Below are positions 15,646 to 25,683 of a DNA stretch of 64,000 nt, in pieces. The notes under the pieces were generated by a model. The model was given only the letters and a program-made list of their open reading frames with translations. It made no database searches and was not told the origin of the DNA. The DNA lies in IMG/VR virus record IMGVR_UViG_3300024259_001623, one strand, 5' to 3'. The DNA comes from a virus. Its lineage: Duplodnaviria; Caudoviricetes. Both the position numbers and the translations under genes were made by a program. The first letter of the stretch is position 1, and every line of letters starts with the position of its first letter.

Positions 15646-16386
15646 TTATGTTCTCCTATTTCCACAGAATTCTCGCTCTGCTGAACTGGTAACATAATCG
15701 ATACCAGTCTCAGTATGTTTAAACGCGACATAGCCACCTGATTTGCCATATCTATTCTTATCTATTTCTAACACAAAAAATCCAGGTAATGCTGGGCCTT
15801 TCTTACATTTCTCATGTGGATACATTTTGGCCTTAATATCAGCAAGATATTCAACATCGTTATTACCTTTGACATCATTTTTCTTATTTAGATGAGCAAT
15901 AAAAATAACATGGCATCCTACATCAGAGATTGCCTTTCTGTATTTCTCCATAATACCTCTAATCAGATAAGGATTAGAGAACCCGTCAATCATATTAATG
16001 GAGTCAACCACCACTACTGCTGGTTGAACGTCTTTAATAATCTTTATTTGATTTTCTAAAGCGTGAGCATTACTAACAAAATATTTTTTAGGATAGACAA
16101 CTGGTTTTTTGATCCAACCTGCGAATTCAGAGGGAGTAACCTCATTTTGGAAAATACAAACTTTATGTCCTTCTCTATTAACAGATAGCGATATTTCTAT
16201 TGCTATTCTTGTCTTGCCTACTCCACCTTTACCAGCCCATATACTAATCTTTCCTTTAGGTAATCCAAAACTTTCTATTCCGTTTATAACTGATTTACCA
16301 TAAATTTGATCCAGATAAGGAAATCCAGTTTTATATCTTTTAATAGGCTCACTTTTTATTTCATCGAACGAAAACACTTTATCCAC
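15646..16386 (-). CDS. RadA/Sms- or DnaB-like RecA-fold ATPase
   Basis: KTGFPYLDQI, Walker A GKGGVGKT, Walker B VVVVDS, KNRYG. Confidence 0.8.
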   Translation of the reverse strand: MDKVFSFDEIKSEPIKRYKTGFPYLDQIYGKSVINGIESFGLPKGKISIWAGKGGVGKTRIAIEISLSVNREGHKVCIFQNEVTPSEFAGWIKKPVVYPKKYFVSNAHALENQIKIIKDVQPAVVVVDSINMIDGFSNPYLIRGIMEKYRKAISDVGCHVIFIAHLNKKNDVKGNNDVEYLADIKAKMYPHEKCKKGPALPGFFVLEIDKNRYGKSGGYVAFKHTETGIDYVTSSAEREFCGNRRT

Positions 16387-16412
16387 GATACCTCCTAATG
16401 ATCACTAATTTG

Positions 16413-17021
16413 TTAAGATTGCGCAGGGACTTTTTTAATCTTTTTAAATTCATTAATAGGTCTTATACTCATATAAGAGCCTGCCCCGGTTCTCAACATA
16501 AAATCAGGCAAATCATCAGATGATTTAAATATGTCGATACACATTTCCAATTCTCTTAGTTTTTCTCCATAAGGATCAAAACCAGTTAATCTTTGCAATA
16601 TATAAGCATTTTGAATAATACGACCATTTACATCTTTAGCACAAAGAGAGTTCTTAGGAACTTTGTTCTTAAACAAGTCCCATGAGTCTCTTTTTGTCTT
16701 CTTGTCTGTTTGGGCGCTCATTATTCTGCGCATTTCTTTCTTTATCTCAAGAAAAGAATGACGTTTATTAATGCCTAAATTGATGAGAGCCTGGATGAAG
16801 GCGTAATAGATTCCGCCTTGCCGATAGGGGTTAGGGGTATTTCCAGATTTAATTTGAGCCTGGAGCCTTGTGAGCTTTTGAGGGGAATTGTGGTACTTCC
16901 TTGGAATCCGATAATTGCCTCTATTTGTTTTTATGATCTTGGAACGTTGTGAGATGGGAAGATCAGCCTCTTTTTTAATCTTTAAATAATCGTCAAAATT
17001 ACGTGATCCTTCGACATGCAT
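16413..17021 (-). CDS. Basic hypothetical protein
   Basis: ORF track, GGAG RBS, own promoter. Confidence 0.7.
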   Translation of the reverse strand: MHVEGSRNFDDYLKIKKEADLPISQRSKIIKTNRGNYRIPRKYHNSPQKLTRLQAQIKSGNTPNPYRQGGIYYAFIQALINLGINKRHSFLEIKKEMRRIMSAQTDKKTKRDSWDLFKNKVPKNSLCAKDVNGRIIQNAYILQRLTGFDPYGEKLRELEMCIDIFKSSDDLPDFMLRTGAGSYMSIRPINEFKKIKKVPAQS

Positions 17022-17064
17022 ATTTCACTCCTTAACTAATGAACTAATTTCGTCTTACTACTTA

Positions 17065-17092
17065 ATTATACATCAAAAACAAAAAAATGCAA
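17065..17092 (-). promoter_or_regulatory. Sigma70-like promoter
   Basis: TTGCAT-N16-TATAAT with extended TG. Confidence 0.6.
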
Positions 17093-17188
17093 TAATCGGA
17101 AAATTCATAATATTATTACAGTTAATTGTTTATATAATGCGACTTCTGAAACATTTCAAAAATTAAATAAATGCAAAAATAAAAATGT

Positions 17189-17228
17189 GAGCCTCTTTTA
17201 GAGTTCTTATGGTTTCTAAAAGAGGCTC
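17189..17228. terminator. Long-stem terminator-like hairpin
   Basis: GAGCCTCTTTTAGA / TCTAAAAGAGGCTC, flanked by A/T tracts. Confidence 0.7.
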
Positions 17229-17747
17229 TTTTCTAAATTATTTTTCAACATTCATTTAATTTACAACATTATAGTTTCACATAACATATACTTCCATTTT
17301 GTACGAGGAGTTCTTTATCTTACATTTCAACGCCTCGATTTATTTTTTTGATACTTGTTTAATATATTCTAGCAAGTATTAAAATACGTCCATTCTTTAA
17401 TTTCTAAATTTACAACCCATAATTATTCTCTCTAATAGTAAGTTTTTATATAACCTACCTAAAAGGTTCTTATCCTTTTATTGTATATAAAAACTCAAAT
17501 AAACCTTTTTAATATACTTTTTAGCGTTGTCACGGAGGATGACTGTTTATAAGCATTTTATTATTTTCCTTAATTATCATAACCTTAAAAATTTCTCGCT
17601 CCCAGTCAGGGAGATTTTTAAAAGATAGAAAAGGCATGTCGGGAGTCGCTTTCAACAGGTTTCGACCCTCGGCGAGTTCCCAACCTTCCGCCATAGCTTC
17701 ATTAAAGTATGACTTTCTTTATTGCTAAATCGAAAGTGCCTTTTCAT

Positions 17748-18236
17748 TCACTTTTGAGCTATAAATCTTTCTTGACTATATCTGACTTTATTCCACCCCA
17801 ACCGATCAAATAATTCTTTTTGCAATGCTAGAGAAGATTCTTTATCAGGAGCCTCACTATCCTTAGCTGCATACAACTCAACCATGATCTGACAATGGAA
17901 CCTGGCAATTCTTTTTATCTCATCAATAACATTTTCACGTTCTTTCTTGTTCAAAAACATGAAAATATAATTAGCAACAATGACATCGACAGACTTATCT
18001 GGAAGAGGGATTCTATCTTTCCCTAAGACTATTTTCTCTCCAAAATCATCTACCATATCAATAGGAACTACATCAAAACCATGTTCCCTCAGAAATACAG
18101 TATTTCTGCCATTGCCGCAGCCAATATCAACTGCTTGCTTGCCTTCAAAAAGCTTACAATGCTTTTTAAGATAAGGAGTTGCTTCTTTTCGTCCACATCT
18201 TACACAATATTTGTCGTTAATATATTTCTTCGGCAA
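17748..18236 (-). CDS. Class I SAM-dependent methyltransferase
   Basis: AVDIGCGNGRN motif I; DVIVANYIFMFL. Confidence 0.85.
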   Translation of the reverse strand: MPKKYINDKYCVRCGRKEATPYLKKHCKLFEGKQAVDIGCGNGRNTVFLREHGFDVVPIDMVDDFGEKIVLGKDRIPLPDKSVDVIVANYIFMFLNKKERENVIDEIKRIARFHCQIMVELYAAKDSEAPDKESSLALQKELFDRLGWNKVRYSQERFIAQK

Positions 18237-18248
18237 AATTATTTCCTC

Positions 18249-18506
18249 TTATAAAACTTCCTGCATACTATATTTTTCTATTTCAACATCATGAAGAATT
18301 TCTACAAATTGATCAAATTTCGCAATAGCATTGTTCTTTGCTTCTTCTTCAGTTTGACCCAGAGCAGAAAGATGTATTCTATTAAAATTGATAAACTCAC
18401 CAGGATTTACATCAACAACTACAGCACAACTATAGCCGTCAACTTTTTCATTTTTTTCTGTAATATACACAGTCTTTTCTGTACGATAAACAGCTTTAAT
18501 TTTCAT
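18249..18506 (-). CDS. Hypothetical protein
   Basis: ORF track, GGAG RBS. Confidence 0.6.
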   Translation of the reverse strand: MKIKAVYRTEKTVYITEKNEKVDGYSCAVVVDVNPGEFINFNRIHLSALGQTEEEAKNNAIAKFDQFVEILHDVEIEKYSMQEVL

Positions 18507-18551
18507 TTGTAATCTCCTTAATTGTTTTATTACTATAAATTAGCAATATTT

Positions 18552-19190
18552 TTATTTTTGCCGGTAAAAAACTACACTTCCCATGTCAGTATAATCTTTC
18601 CCCGTTCCATGATATCCATAAGACTTATTATCATGCAATTTCCAACCACACTGTAAAGCAAATTTGAATTGCTCATGCCTATACAAATAATGAACCATCT
18701 CATTCTGAGAACAACGCCTACCTCTGTTCTTTAATATACAATTACTAATAAGCATTATATCATCAAAACTAGACAATAATGCCATGATCTTTGCAACTTC
18801 GACTGTTCCAGCTTTAGGCATCTGTAATAAATCACAATTTACTATGGCAGGATTCAATTTACCATTATTACCCAATTCTATTAATGTCTTATATAAGTCA
18901 CCAAAATACCAGCTTGCATCAGGGATAGCCTCTCGATTTTCCCGAATTATTTCTTCATCATAATCAATGCCGACAAACTGATCAATTGTAATTAATTTGG
19001 CTTCCAATAATTGATGTAATTCACTACCTTTTAATAGTTTCTTATTGTCGTCGTGATGAGTAGCACATAATGTAATGTATTGTTTCTCTTTTGGGATTGA
19101 TTGTCCAAAATGTTGTCTGTATGGTAAGATAATTGTTTCTTGTCTGGCTTTATGCTTCTTGGGACAAGATTCGTATGTTTTTGTAGACAT
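18552..19190 (-). CDS. Hypothetical protein, possible divergent methyltransferase fold
   Basis: FVGIDYD, WYFGDL, IVNCDL resemble Rossmann MTase strands; coupled to helicase. Confidence 0.5.
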   Translation of the reverse strand: MSTKTYESCPKKHKARQETIILPYRQHFGQSIPKEKQYITLCATHHDDNKKLLKGSELHQLLEAKLITIDQFVGIDYDEEIIRENREAIPDASWYFGDLYKTLIELGNNGKLNPAIVNCDLLQMPKAGTVEVAKIMALLSSFDDIMLISNCILKNRGRRCSQNEMVHYLYRHEQFKFALQCGWKLHDNKSYGYHGTGKDYTDMGSVVFYRQK

Positions 19191-22100
19191 TATTTTTCTT
19201 TTCCTAAGAAATCATACCAATCAATCCAACCTTTATTTTTATAAGCCGAATCCGGACGAACAGGCAAATTTATTGGTTTTTCTTTTTTATACCATTCTAT
19301 GTATTCTATTTTACTTTTAAGACCTAATTTTCTTACATATTTTCTAGCTTCTTCAAAAGAAAGAAAATTTCTACCTTTGCCTCTTTTACCAGTTCCTAAG
19401 AAATCACTCCAACTAGTCCATCCTTTATTTTTATAATAGCCATAAGGATCTCCAGGAATATGATTAGGTCTTTTACCAGATTTACTCCACTCTCGATATT
19501 CTTTTTGAATTTTGAAATTAAATGGTTTTATATATTCTTTGGTTTCTTCAATAGAACAAATGATAATTTTCTCAAACCAATCTAGTCGTATCTCTTTTAA
19601 TTCCTCTCTAAATTCAGTATCATAACAACCATGACTTGTACCAATATAACTTCTTAAACGCATACCTAATTTAGTTTTTTTAGGAGGTTTTGCTCCACCT
19701 GATCTCGCTATATTTAATAGCTTTTTTTTATTTTCTTCAGAATTATCTTTTTTAATAAACCAATCTGGTCTTATTCTTTCTAATTCCTCCCTAAATTCAG
19801 TATCATAAGAAGAACTACTATAAGCTACATAAGAACTTAAACAACTACCTAATTTAGTTTTTCTAGAAGGTTTTCCCCCTCTACTTCTAGCTATCTTCAA
19901 AATCTCTTCTTTATTATCTTTAACGGTATCTTGAAACCAATCAGGTCTTATTTTTTCTATTTTTGCTTTAAATTCAGTATCATAACAAGAATTATTAGAA
20001 TTTGTATAACGACATAGACAACTACCTATATCAATTTCATACTTTGGTTTTTCCAGTCCCAATCTTGCTATATTTAATAACTTTTCTTTATTCTCTTTAA
20101 CTATGTCTTGTGGAGTTATAAACCAATCTGGTCTTATTTTTTCTAATTCTTTTTTGAATTCAAGATCATAAGAAGAAGTAGGATTAATATAATTTTTTAA
20201 GCATTGACCTAACTTAGTTTTGCGAGAAAGTTTATCTCCTCCTGTCCTAGCTATATTCAAAATCTCTTTTTTATTGTCTCTAGCAATATCATAATGAGTT
20301 ATAAACCAATCAGGTCTTATTTTTTTTAACTCCGTTCTAAATTTAAAATCATAACTACTGCTAAAATAAATATAACTTCTTAAAGCTCGACCTAACTTAG
20401 TTTTTTGAGAAGGTTTATTACCACCACTTTTAGCTATCTTTAAAATCTCTTCTTTATTCTCATCTATTGACTTTTGATAGGCTTCCCTCAATCCCTTAAA
20501 AGTCTTAACATCACTTTCACCAGAAGTATAATACTGAACAAAACCAAACAACTTAGCTTCCATAATGGAATAATCAATATCACTAACATCAATACCTTCC
20601 AATGATAATGACTTACGAATAAACCTACGCCGAATCTGTTCAGCTATTGCTTTATGATTATCTTCTACACCACGATTCTTCAACACCCGACTAACAATCT
20701 CTTCAAATTTCTTTTCAGAAATCTCACCATCATCACTAATGATTCTCATGCAATCGTCATAAACTGAAGAATAGACCGCTGTTCTATCATTTTCATCTGG
20801 TAAAGCATTAGCAAAATAATCAAATTCCTCTTCTTTCTCTTTTGCCTTACCTTTCTTCTTTTCCGCCGGAACTTTTATCCTAACAGGCTTAAACACATCT
20901 TCCATAATCATTGTCAAGAAGATAGCCTTCATGTAATCATTAAGATTATCGCAGAATTTCTCATTGTTCACCTGATCTAAAGCATAAGGCAACAGTTGAT
21001 AAACAGATACATGAGATTTTCCTTCAGCATCTCGGAATAATCGTCCCATTGTTTGTATAAGATCGGAAAGGGAATTACGAGGGCCGATAATGATCTCACG
21101 ATCCGCCCAGCGCCAATTAGCACCTTCCTTGAACATATTCAGCGTTATAATAACATCGACGCTCTCAGACGTTTTTGCGTCATGAGCATCTATAATAGCC
21201 TGCTTCTTAGATTCTCTATTCGTTTCAGTTACTAAATCAATAACTTTGATCCATTCCTTATCACGCTTAACCAGCATGATAGGCTTATCTTTATCTTTAA
21301 TAACTGGTTTATCTGTACCTGCAATACCTTTTATGATTTCTTCTACATCTATATACTTTGTTTCTAAAGAGTAGCTACCATTGACTGATGGCACATAAAC
21401 AATAGTCTTGCCTACTTCTTCATCAAATAATTCTTTAATTGATTCTTTATAATTTTGATTGTACAGAATAAAGTCATAGGAGTAACTTCTGAGGTATTTG
21501 CATGTTTTAAGGTATTTATCGAAAGGATAATTGAACCTATCGAATTGAGCTTTATATTCTTCGGGGATAATAGAATTTTTATCGCCGCGAAAAAAAGTTG
21601 CTGTTGTTAATTCGACCTGTATATTGTTCTTAGGATTGTCAAAAGAATATTTAACAACTGATCCAATACCATTTGATACTTCTACATCTTCTACTACATT
21701 ATGCTTAACATGATGAGCCTCATCAACAACAATAATTACATCTTTGAATAACTTCTTATTCTTCTTAAAAGCATAAACCAGCGTTTGATGAGAACAAACT
21801 AAGATACGGTCCTGAACCATGCTTTTTGAATTCGGACCTTTCAAGAATCCTAATAATTCATCTGTAGTCTGGTTTGATGCTTCTTTACAAAGATCATGTT
21901 GAGGGAACCAATCAACCTTCTCTGTATCAGAGAATTGTATTTTATTTTTCCTAAACCCCTCAGCGATGATAGTTTGAGGGACTGCAATGATGGCTCTTAG
22001 GTTAGGATTGTTTTCAAGCTTTTTATAATCTAGGCAGCAAATCATAAAAGACTTGCCTGAACCCATAGGAGCATTTATTATCCAATGATGAGAATCTTTC

Positions 22101-22216
22101 AATTCATCATAACATTCTTGTTGCCATTCCCTCATTTGATAATAACCATCTACGATGGTAGGAGGACAGTCAACCGGCGTCCACTTATTATTAAAAGCAT
22201 TTTTCTTATTAAGCAT
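19190..22216 (-). CDS. SF2 (DEAH-box) helicase with five ~60-aa repeats and C-terminal integrase-repeat-like units
   Basis: APMGSGKS, DEAHH, TAT; repeats ending KIRPDWF; LSFEEAR...GWIDWYDFLG. Confidence 0.85.
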   Translation of the reverse strand: MLNKKNAFNNKWTPVDCPPTIVDGYYQMREWQQECYDELKDSHHWIINAPMGSGKSFMICCLDYKKLENNPNLRAIIAVPQTIIAEGFRKNKIQFSDTEKVDWFPQHDLCKEASNQTTDELLGFLKGPNSKSMVQDRILVCSHQTLVYAFKKNKKLFKDVIIVVDEAHHVKHNVVEDVEVSNGIGSVVKYSFDNPKNNIQVELTTATFFRGDKNSIIPEEYKAQFDRFNYPFDKYLKTCKYLRSYSYDFILYNQNYKESIKELFDEEVGKTIVYVPSVNGSYSLETKYIDVEEIIKGIAGTDKPVIKDKDKPIMLVKRDKEWIKVIDLVTETNRESKKQAIIDAHDAKTSESVDVIITLNMFKEGANWRWADREIIIGPRNSLSDLIQTMGRLFRDAEGKSHVSVYQLLPYALDQVNNEKFCDNLNDYMKAIFLTMIMEDVFKPVRIKVPAEKKKGKAKEKEEEFDYFANALPDENDRTAVYSSVYDDCMRIISDDGEISEKKFEEIVSRVLKNRGVEDNHKAIAEQIRRRFIRKSLSLEGIDVSDIDYSIMEAKLFGFVQYYTSGESDVKTFKGLREAYQKSIDENKEEILKIAKSGGNKPSQKTKLGRALRSYIYFSSSYDFKFRTELKKIRPDWFITHYDIARDNKKEILNIARTGGDKLSRKTKLGQCLKNYINPTSSYDLEFKKELEKIRPDWFITPQDIVKENKEKLLNIARLGLEKPKYEIDIGSCLCRYTNSNNSCYDTEFKAKIEKIRPDWFQDTVKDNKEEILKIARSRGGKPSRKTKLGSCLSSYVAYSSSSYDTEFREELERIRPDWFIKKDNSEENKKKLLNIARSGGAKPPKKTKLGMRLRSYIGTSHGCYDTEFREELKEIRLDWFEKIIICSIEETKEYIKPFNFKIQKEYREWSKSGKRPNHIPGDPYGYYKNKGWTSWSDFLGTGKRGKGRNFLSFEEARKYVRKLGLKSKIEYIEWYKKEKPINLPVRPDSAYKNKGWIDWYDFLGKEK

Positions 22217-22226
22217 ATAAACCTTT

Positions 22227-22721
22227 CTATTCCAGAGAATAAATCGTTACGTCAAAATCTTCCCAAATTTCTTCAATTAAAATCTTAAGGAATTCGAAAT
22301 CCCCGCCAGCCAACCCGCTTCCAAAGGCAGGTGCATGAATCTCAGCCTTGAGAATCTTAGTAACTTCAGCTACATCTTTCATACATTCTACTAACGCAGC
22401 ATATCTAATGGGAGGACGACCATTCAAACCCCAACCCACTCCTTCCTGACCAATCATATTAGCAACAAAAATCTTCTCAGTACAATCAACAAATTGAACT
22501 TTACCTAATTCAAATGGAATACTATCATCATACCAGATAGAATCTGATTCTCCTTTTTTGTACCATTCTCTGTAACTTCTTTCTGCTACAGGATATGTAT
22601 GACCGAGAGGGACTACAAAACCCGCTCCCCAACCGCCGATTGAGTTTACGATGTGTGGAACCATTATAACTTTATCATCAGGTAATGCTTCAAACAAATC
22701 GCCTACAACGTACTTAATCAT
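22227..22721 (-). CDS. Macro domain protein (ADP-ribose binding/hydrolysis)
   Basis: YVVGDLF...HIVNSIGGWGAGF...ANMIGQ...PAFGSGLAGG. Confidence 0.85.
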   Translation of the reverse strand: MIKYVVGDLFEALPDDKVIMVPHIVNSIGGWGAGFVVPLGHTYPVAERSYREWYKKGESDSIWYDDSIPFELGKVQFVDCTEKIFVANMIGQEGVGWGLNGRPPIRYAALVECMKDVAEVTKILKAEIHAPAFGSGLAGGDFEFLKILIEEIWEDFDVTIYSLE

Positions 22722-23239
22722 TTCTTTTCCTTTATTGTTTTTGTTATTTCCCCAGGTTCAGTATCGCGCAATTCGATATTCTTAATAACAGTTCCCTTTG
22801 GAACATAAATGTCATACTTTGTAGCCCTTCTAACTCTGCTGTTGATATCGAAAGGTGCAACCCAACCAGAAGTCTTTTTAATACCAGAAGACCATTCCAC
22901 TCTTGGAATGACATCTTCATCTGTTTCAATGATATTAGCTTCTTTAGCTAGGCACTTAAACATTTCTTTCACAGGTCGACCAGAATAGTAAACGACAAGC
23001 TCATCATCTGCCAAACCTATTACAAAAGAATCTTTTTCTATGCTTTCGATTTTACAAGAATATTTTTCCAACTCGCAAAAATCTGAACCATCCAGACTAT
23101 TAACGACAACAACACAAAATACTCCTGCAAGTATAATTCCAATAACTATACCCATAAAAGCGGCGCACGGCAGGCCTTCAGCACAATAAGATGCAACAAC
23201 AACAACGACCCACAACATCAGCAATAATATAAAAGCCAT
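22718..23239 (-). CDS. Membrane-anchored hypothetical protein
   Basis: Two N-terminal hydrophobic segments; YVPKGT motif. Confidence 0.6.
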   Translation of the reverse strand: MAFILLLMLWVVVVVASYCAEGLPCAAFMGIVIGIILAGVFCVVVVNSLDGSDFCELEKYSCKIESIEKDSFVIGLADDELVVYYSGRPVKEMFKCLAKEANIIETDEDVIPRVEWSSGIKKTSGWVAPFDINSRVRRATKYDIYVPKGTVIKNIELRDTEPGEITKTIKEKK

Positions 23240-23257
23240 TCTAAAATCCTTTCTTTG

Positions 23258-23956
23258 TTATACGAAATGTAGTACTTTCTTATATATAGGAGGCGAATTA
23301 GAATCTGTCGCACCATACCAATCTCTGACCTCAACCTCAATTTTATCCACTTGTTCTTGGAAATCATCCTTATTCAGGAAAACTTTCATAAACACGGCGT
23401 CGTATTGATTTCCTGCTGCAACAAAGTCTTTTTTGTAGACAGTAACAGGGACCAGAACGGGCTTCAACTCATAATTATAATAATATTTTCGATATGAATC
23501 AGATTCTCGTAAAGCTGCTTCTTTATTTGTATAAACATGAATACCTTTACGGATACCTTCAGACCACTCAGCTTTCTCTTCCCAGGATAGTTTTTGCTTT
23601 TTTCTATTAGATTTGACCCATCCGAAACTACCAAAATCTATACCTTTTCTGTAAAGATGTTTGATAGTATATCTAATATTCCTACATCCTTTTTCTGGCA
23701 GGGAAAATTCAACCATATAGATTTTCCACATTGTAGTCTTTCCGCCACGCTCTGTCAAGGTTCGTAGAACCCTTTTAGTTCTTTCTTTATCGATTTTGCA
23801 ACACATATTAAAGCTCCTTAATCGCTTTAAACGTAAAGCCTTCTGGAATATAGAGCCGATGACCGGGAACTTTACTATGAGTCGTAGTTCCCCAAGGAGT
23901 AAACCACCATCCAATAGTTTTATGTCCTTCGTCCCATTCCACTCTAGGGTTTTCAC
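23258..23956 (-). CDS. Hypothetical protein
   Basis: ORF track. Confidence 0.6.
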   Translation of the reverse strand: MKTLEWNGTKDIKLLDGGLLLGELRLIVKFPVIGSIFQKALRLKRLRSFNMCCKIDKERTKRVLRTLTERGGKTTMWKIYMVEFSLPEKGCRNIRYTIKHLYRKGIDFGSFGWVKSNRKKQKLSWEEKAEWSEGIRKGIHVYTNKEAALRESDSYRKYYYNYELKPVLVPVTVYKKDFVAAGNQYDAVFMKVFLNKDDFQEQVDKIEVEVRDWYGATDSNSPPIYKKVLHFV

Positions 23957-24083
23957 AATCCTTTTCTTCTATAATTTCGACAGTATTAGATTCTAATTCA
24001 TAAAGTTCTTTAATGCCTTCATTACGTTCTACGTAAAAGATAATATGATTTTTCTTTTTGATATTTCTATATACATAGATTAA

Positions 24084-24329
24084 TCACTCGCTCTTATTGA
24101 AGAGAATTTGCTTTATGCCATGCGGGCTTATCCAAGCGATATTCTTTTTACTATCTATTTCCATATCTCTTACATAAGATAATATGCCTTTGTCCATACA
24201 AACGAAAAAACCATTTTCGTTGATATTTGTAGCGAATTTGCGTATTTCATCGAATTTTGCTAAAGTAATGACTGTATCTACTGTGTGTGTTTTCGATGAC
24301 AGAACAATTGAGACTCCTACTTTAATCAT
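24084..24329 (-). CDS. Hypothetical protein
   Basis: ORF track. Confidence 0.55.
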   Translation of the reverse strand: MIKVGVSIVLSSKTHTVDTVITLAKFDEIRKFATNINENGFFVCMDKGILSYVRDMEIDSKKNIAWISPHGIKQILFNKSE

Positions 24330-24604
24330 TTTTTCTTCCTTATTTCAATAAATGTTATATAATGTGGAGGTATATTGATAACTCTTACACATCTAGAGGA
24401 CATGTCTGGAGATAAAGAATAAGTTCTTTTCATTTGGTCAGAATATTCATTCATAAAAATCCCCTTTTTATTAATCATCTCTATTGGCTTCTCTAAACTA
24501 TGCCAGTCAACATATTCTATAACAGTACTAAATTCGTTTATAAAGTTAGGCTCAAAAGGTTCATTCTTTTTTAGATGTACAATAATTTCAGCTTTTTTTA
24601 TCAT
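24326..24604 (-). CDS. Hypothetical protein
   Basis: ORF track; resembles 24084 (IPPHYI/ISPHGI). Confidence 0.55.
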   Translation of the reverse strand: MIKKAEIIVHLKKNEPFEPNFINEFSTVIEYVDWHSLEKPIEMINKKGIFMNEYSDQMKRTYSLSPDMSSRCVRVINIPPHYITFIEIRKKK

Positions 24605-25028
24605 TATGACTTTCTCCTTCTACACCGTCCTGTTTTTCCCGGCAGGAGTCAGGGGCGAACTCCCTAAAATAACCAAGAATGTCTTTCCATTCTTTACTTA
24701 TTTTTATTTCGTATGTTTTTATTCTTCTAATTAATGTATAATCATGATCAAATACTAATAATTCTATTTGATCATCCTCTATCTCCAACGTCAAAGACTT
24801 ATACTTCTTATGAAAATGTTTATGCCACTCGAAACAGATACCTCTGTCTCCGTCTAGCATGAAACCAAGCGGGGCAATGACATTATTTTTACGTAATTCT
24901 TTAGTAACTTCAATAGATCTTTTTATATCTTCTTTGGATGGAGGATAAAAATAATCATCTATGTCTTCTAAAGAATCATAAGTTTTCAGCCAAGTCTCGG
25001 CTCTTTCAAATATTTTATCGTATTCCAT
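24588..25028 (-). CDS. Hypothetical protein
   Basis: ORF track. Confidence 0.6.
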   Translation of the reverse strand: MEYDKIFERAETWLKTYDSLEDIDDYFYPPSKEDIKRSIEVTKELRKNNVIAPLGFMLDGDRGICFEWHKHFHKKYKSLTLEIEDDQIELLVFDHDYTLIRRIKTYEIKISKEWKDILGYFREFAPDSCREKQDGVEGESHNDKKS

Positions 25029-25030
25029 AT

Positions 25031-25675
25031 TTACTCTAAATTATATATGTATTGCAGAGCGTAGTATATATCAACAGCAAAATTCACAGGTACATACTCA
25101 GGCTTATCGCTTTTATCAGTTTTTTCTAACGACATAATAACAACAGAATTATTGTCATATACTTGCAGGAATAATCTGTTTAAAAATGAGCCTGGAGTAA
25201 TAACGCTGATTTTCTTATAATCTTGCCCTTCTACTTTTTTAATAAAAGGAATATATGCCTCAATACCTCTTTGAACTTCAAGAGATTCTTGTTTATTCAA
25301 ACATACGGCAAGAAGAACTTGAAACTCTGGTGTGTATGTATCATCTTTGATAATAACAGACCCATCAAAAACTACACCTTTAGTATGCTCAAAAACATAA
25401 GTCTCCATAATATCTAACCACTTGAACATATTATTAGAAGTTTCCAAATCATGCCAATTGACCTCCATAATCTTCTCGGGAACAATATCATCAGATAAGA
25501 TTTCAGAGACTCTTCTATTACTGTTTTTTTGTCCCAAAGCGACCATGACTTTAAAAGCTTCTTCCATTTCTCTCTTGAGAACTAGATATCTATCTGTAGC
25601 TTCTTCAAATTTCGTTTTGGGCGTAATTCTTCTTTCTATTCCCCTTCCCACTGTCAATCTCCTTTCTGGTGCCAT
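25031..25675 (-). CDS. Hypothetical protein (C-terminal domain similar to next gene)
   Basis: ORF track, GGAG RBS. Confidence 0.65.
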   Translation of the reverse strand: MAPERRLTVGRGIERRITPKTKFEEATDRYLVLKREMEEAFKVMVALGQKNSNRRVSEILSDDIVPEKIMEVNWHDLETSNNMFKWLDIMETYVFEHTKGVVFDGSVIIKDDTYTPEFQVLLAVCLNKQESLEVQRGIEAYIPFIKKVEGQDYKKISVITPGSFLNRLFLQVYDNNSVVIMSLEKTDKSDKPEYVPVNFAVDIYYALQYIYNLE

Positions 25676-25683
25676 TATATCTC

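Noticed and set aside
19570-20470. CRISPR-like or mobile DNA repeats
   Set aside because: Periodicity is explained by in-frame protein repeats of the helicase
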